A stretch of 64,000 nucleotides of DNA from Nitrospinota bacterium. Lineage in GTDB: Bacteria > UBA8248. The translations under genes were made by a program, and so were the position numbers. Positions 60,395 to 64,000 of the stretch are shown piece after piece (the stretch's first letter is position 1; every line of letters starts with the position of its first letter). The stretch is from NCBI GenBank assembly GCA_030754595.1, contig JASLZZ010000079.1, positions 9,880-73,879 of the forward strand. The letters run 5' to 3'. The notes under the pieces were generated by a model. The model did no database searches. It was not told where the DNA came from and saw only the letters and a program-made list of their open reading frames with translations.

Positions 60395-63243
60395 GGATTC
60401 TTTTCGGCCACGATCCGGGCGCAGCGGGCGGAGAGGTCCGGATAGCGGGGGTTCGAGCCAACGTCCTCCGAGATTTTCCAGGACATGGCGCATTTTTGGC
60501 CCACCGCCTCGCTCACCTCGACGGCCAGCCCCTCGACCTCCTCGCTTCGGAATGCGCCGTTAGCGGGCTCATCGCCCTCCCCGGCCAGCTTCGCTCCCGA
60601 GACGATGAAGACATCTTCCATCTCGCTCTCGAGCGGGGAGAGGTTGCCCGTTAAGTCGGCGGGGGCGAAAACCCTCACCTCGAAGTTGAGGGAGCTCCCC
60701 TTGCCCTTGCCCTCCTGCGCCTGGCGGGTCGCCTCGAGCGCCCTGAGGACCTCGCCCCTGACGCGCAGGAGGGGCTCCCATTTTTCCTCGAGCGCCGGGT
60801 CGCGGCGGGCGGCGTCCACCTCCGGCATGGGCGCGAGGTGGACGCTCTCACCGTGCGCCATCGGCGTGCGGCGGTAGGCCTCCTCGGCCGTGAAGGAGAG
60901 GATGGGCGCCATCAGGCGGAGGAGCGCGTCGAGAATCTCGTGCATCGTCGTCATCCCCGCCAGGCGGTCCCGATCGCCGGGCAGGGCGATGTAGATCCTG
61001 TCCTTGAGCACATCGAGATAGAAGGCCGACAGGTCGACGGCGCAGAAATTATTCAGCGCGTGGTAGACGAGGTGAAAATCGTAATCTCCGTAGGCCGCCC
61101 AGATCCGCTCGATGAGCCGGTCGAGGCGGCTGACGATGAGGCGGTCGATCTCGGGCCGATCCCCCAAGGGAACCGAGTCGCCCGCGGGGTCGAAATCCTC
61201 ATAGTCGTGAAGGTTGCCGAGCAGGAAGCGGCAGGTGTTCCTGATCCGCCGGTAGGCCTCGGCCAGCCGGGTGAGGATTTCCTGGGAGATGCGGATGTCC
61301 TCCCGGTAATTTTCCCCGGCCACCCAGAGCCGCAGCACCTCGGCCCCGTACTTTTTGATCACGTCCTCGGGAGACATCGCGTTGCCCAGACTCTTGCTCA
61401 TCTTCTTGCCCCGGCCGTCCACGACGTAGCCGTGGGTGAGAACTTCCCTGTAGGGCGCCCGGCCGCGCACCCCGACCGCCACCAGGAGCGAGCTGTGGAA
61501 CCAGCCGCGGTGCTGATCGCTTCCCTCGAGGTACATGTCCGCCGGCCAGGTGAGATCGGGGTTTTTCTCCATGACGGCGGCCTGGCTCACCCCCGAGTCG
61601 AACCAGACGTCGAGGATATCCGTCTCTTTCTTGAACGAATCGCCGCCGCACGAGGGGCACACGAACCCGGCGGGCAGAAGCTCCCCGGCCTCTTTTTCGA
61701 ACCAGATATCCGCCCCGTGGTCCTCCATCTGATCGGCGACGTGGTCGGCCACCTTCGCGTCCAAGACGACATGGGCGCAGCCCTCGCAGTGAAACGCAAC
61801 GATGGGCACCCCCCAGGAGCGCTGGCGCGAGATGCACCAGTCCGGCCGGTTCTCGATCATTCCGTGGATGCGCTCCTCGCCCCAGCGGGGGATCCAGCTC
61901 ACCTTGCGAATCTCGTCGAGAGATTTCTGACGGAGACCGCCGTGTTCCATCGAGATGAACCACTGCGGGGTGGCCCGGAAAATAGTGGGCCGGTGGCTCC
62001 GCCAATCGTGCGGGTAGGGATGCGGATAATCCTCGACGGCGAAGAGGCGGCCGCTCGACCGGAGGAGCTCGATGATTTCGGGGTCGGCGTCGAAAACGAA
62101 TTGACCCGCGAAGTGCTCGATGTCCCGGGTGAACTTTCCGTCGTCGTCAACCGGGCTATAGACCTCCAGGCCGTACTCGAGGCCGGTTTCGTAGTCCTCC
62201 CGGCCGTGGCCCGGGGCGGTATGGACAACGCCGGTTCCCTGCTCGAGGGTGACGTAGCGGGCGGTGACGACGAGGGAATCGCGGTCGATCCAGGCGTGGC
62301 GCGCCTTGAGCCCATCGAGCGCACCGCCCGAGAACGTGGCGATTTTCTCGAACGAGGACGCCTCGGCTCCGGCAAGCTCCGCCAGGCGCGGCAGAAAATA
62401 CTCGTGAAAGATCAGAACCTCGTCTCCCCGCCGGAAGAGGCTGTAATCAAACCCCTCGTTGAACGCGAGCGCCAGGTTCGCCGGAAGCGTCCAGGGCGTG
62501 GTCGTCCAGATCAGGACGGATGGATTCCCCCCCGAGAGGAGCCCCTTGAGCCCGGGAACCTTCTCCTCCCACTCGGCCGCCTGATCCTCCGCGATGGGAA
62601 AGCGGACGTAGATGCTCTGGGTGGTGACGTCTTCGTATTCGACCTCGGCCTCGGCCAGCGCGGTCCGCAGACCCGGCGCCCAGTGAACGGGCTTGAGCCC
62701 GAGGTAGACGCCGCCGTTTTCCATGAAGCGGGCCAGTTGGCGGACGGTGTTCGCCTCGTAGTCGTAGCTCATGGTGAGGTAGGGACGCTCCCAATCGCCG
62801 AGGACGCCGAGGCGCTTGAACTCCTCGCGCTGGATGTCGATGAATTTCTCGGCATACTCGCGGCACATCCGCCGCTTCTCGACCGCATCGATCTCGAATC
62901 GGCGTTTGCCGAGCTCCTTGTCCACCTGATGCTCGATGGGCAGGCCGTGGCAGTCCCAGCCGGGAACGTAGACCGCGTTGAAACCCGACATCTGCTTCGC
63001 CTTGACGATGATGTCCTTGAGTATCTTGTTGAGGACGGTCCCCATGTGGATATGCCCGTTCGCATAGGGCGGCCCGTCGTGGAGGACGTATTTTTCCCTG
63101 TCCGCCGCCGCCTCGCGGAGCTTTTCGTAGAGACCCGCCTCACTCCACGAAGCGAGCATCTCGGGCTCGCGCACAGGGAGATTTCCCTTCATCGGGAAAG
63201 CGGTCTTCGGCAGGTTGAGTAGCTTCTTATAGTCGTTGCTCAT
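60391..63243 (-). CDS. ileS: Isoleucine--tRNA ligase
   Basis: [47 protein letters not shown] and KMSKS. Confidence 0.98.
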   Translation of the reverse strand: MSNDYKKLLNLPKTAFPMKGNLPVREPEMLASWSEAGLYEKLREAAADREKYVLHDGPPYANGHIHMGTVLNKILKDIIVKAKQMSGFNAVYVPGWDCHGLPIEHQVDKELGKRRFEIDAVEKRRMCREYAEKFIDIQREEFKRLGVLGDWERPYLTMSYDYEANTVRQLARFMENGGVYLGLKPVHWAPGLRTALAEAEVEYEDVTTQSIYVRFPIAEDQAAEWEEKVPGLKGLLSGGNPSVLIWTTTPWTLPANLALAFNEGFDYSLFRRGDEVLIFHEYFLPRLAELAGAEASSFEKIATFSGGALDGLKARHAWIDRDSLVVTARYVTLEQGTGVVHTAPGHGREDYETGLEYGLEVYSPVDDDGKFTRDIEHFAGQFVFDADPEIIELLRSSGRLFAVEDYPHPYPHDWRSHRPTIFRATPQWFISMEHGGLRQKSLDEIRKVSWIPRWGEERIHGMIENRPDWCISRQRSWGVPIVAFHCEGCAHVVLDAKVADHVADQMEDHGADIWFEKEAGELLPAGFVCPSCGGDSFKKETDILDVWFDSGVSQAAVMEKNPDLTWPADMYLEGSDQHRGWFHSSLLVAVGVRGRAPYREVLTHGYVVDGRGKKMSKSLGNAMSPEDVIKKYGAEVLRLWVAGENYREDIRISQEILTRLAEAYRRIRNTCRFLLGNLHDYEDFDPAGDSVPLGDRPEIDRLIVSRLDRLIERIWAAYGDYDFHLVYHALNNFCAVDLSAFYLDVLKDRIYIALPGDRDRLAGMTTMHEILDALLRLMAPILSFTAEEAYRRTPMAHGESVHLAPMPEVDAARRDPALEEKWEPLLRVRGEVLRALEATRQAQEGKGKGSSLNFEVRVFAPADLTGNLSPLESEMEDVFIVSGAKLAGEGDEPANGAFRSEEVEGLAVEVSEAVGQKCAMSWKISEDVGSNPRYPDLSARCARIVAEKNP

Positions 63244-63253
63244 CTGGTTTCCA

Positions 63254-64000
63254 TTACCCCCGGCGCGCGGAGACAGGAGACCCCGCCGGCACCGGCATCC
63301 CGCCGAGGCCGGCGGCTTCGCGAACCGATTTTATCGTCGTCTGGGCTTCGGCCCGCGCCCGCGCGCCACCCTCGGACAGGACGGATTCCACGTATCCGGG
63401 ATCGCCCTCGAGCCGCCGCCGCTCCTCGCGGTAGGGGCCGAAGGTCTCGTTGATTTTTTCGAGGAGCATTATTTTTGCGTCTCCGTAGCCGAATCCGCCG
63501 GCGCGGTATTTTTCGGCGAGCTCTTCCTGTTCGGCTTCCGTGGAAAAAAGCTTGTAGAGGGAAAACACATTGCACCCCTCGGGGTCCTTGGGCTCTTCGA
63601 GCGGGGTGGAGTCGGTGACGATGGACATGACCCGCTTCCGGAGCGGCTTGCCCTCCTGAAAAATTTCAATGGCGTTGTTATAGCTCTTGCTCATCTTCTG
63701 CCCGTCGATGCCGGGCACCTTGGCCCCGGCGTCGAGGCGGGGCTTGGGCAAGGGAAACACCTCGCCGTAGGTGTTGTTGAACGATTGGGCCATGTCTCGC
63801 GTCATCTCGATGTGCTGTATCTGATCCTCCCCGACGGGGACGATGTGGGAGCGATAGATAAGGATATCCGCCGCCATGAGCATCGGGTAGTAGTAGAGGC
63901 CGACCGAGGCGGCGATCCCCCGCTGGACCTTGTCCTTGTAAGAGGTGGCGCGGTCAAGGAGCCCCTTGGCCGTCACGGCGGAGAGCACCCAAGCCAGCTC
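63254..64000 (-). CDS. trpS: Tryptophan--tRNA ligase (3' part, truncated by window edge)
   Basis: [33 protein letters not shown] and GYGDAK. Confidence 0.97.
   Translation of the reverse strand, partial: ELAWVLSAVTAKGLLDRATSYKDKVQRGIAASVGLYYYPMLMAADILIYRSHIVPVGEDQIQHIEMTRDMAQSFNNTYGEVFPLPKPRLDAGAKVPGIDGQKMSKSYNNAIEIFQEGKPLRKRVMSIVTDSTPLEEPKDPEGCNVFSLYKLFSTEAEQEELAEKYRAGGFGYGDAKIMLLEKINETFGPYREERRRLEGDPGYVESVLSEGGARARAEAQTTIKSVREAAGLGGMPVPAGSPVSARRG

Noticed and set aside
60838..63222. Long plus-strand ORFs (794 aa here; also 3734-5011, 27315-28526, 50213-51481, 57398-59119)
   Set aside because: They are antisense shadows of well-supported genes, expected from high-GC codon bias, and have no recognisable motifs.

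Overview
GC-rich bacterial core-genome window. Every supportable gene (about 60 CDS, 2 tRNAs, rnpB) is on the minus strand. Reading from the window end to the start: trpS (partial)-ileS-lspA-hypothetical-rluD; thiolase-3-hydroxyacyl-CoA dehydrogenase-broken acyl-CoA dehydrogenase; gcvT-gcvH-gcvP-lipoyl ligase; tRNA-Gly, PHP protein, two DUF507-like genes, coaE; rho-rpmE-prfA-prmC-murA-hisG-hisD-hisB-hisH-[small insert]-hisA-hisF-hisIE; mutS2-dnaG-rpoD-tRNA(CAT)-zinc ribbon-rnhA-rnpB; enoyl-CoA hydratase, ilvA, purH, folC, folP, TauE-family protein, panB, a CobS-like gene; and the dcw cluster from mraZ to ftsZ (partial). The gene order resembles deltaproteobacteria-like lineages such as Nitrospinota or Tectomicrobia, which is an inference. 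I saw no CRISPR array, prophage or transposase. The most unusual item is a small gene inserted between hisH and hisA. It encodes a Tat-like leader ending in a double glycine, a very Met-rich core and a C11 tract that controls the reading frame. Other oddities: a microhomology deletion in the acyl-CoA dehydrogenase, a repeat-extended L31, a degenerate CobS, duplicated his gene junctions, and a structured leader with a micro-ORF where rpsU/yqeY often sit. All product calls rest on recognised motifs and synteny; no database searches were run.
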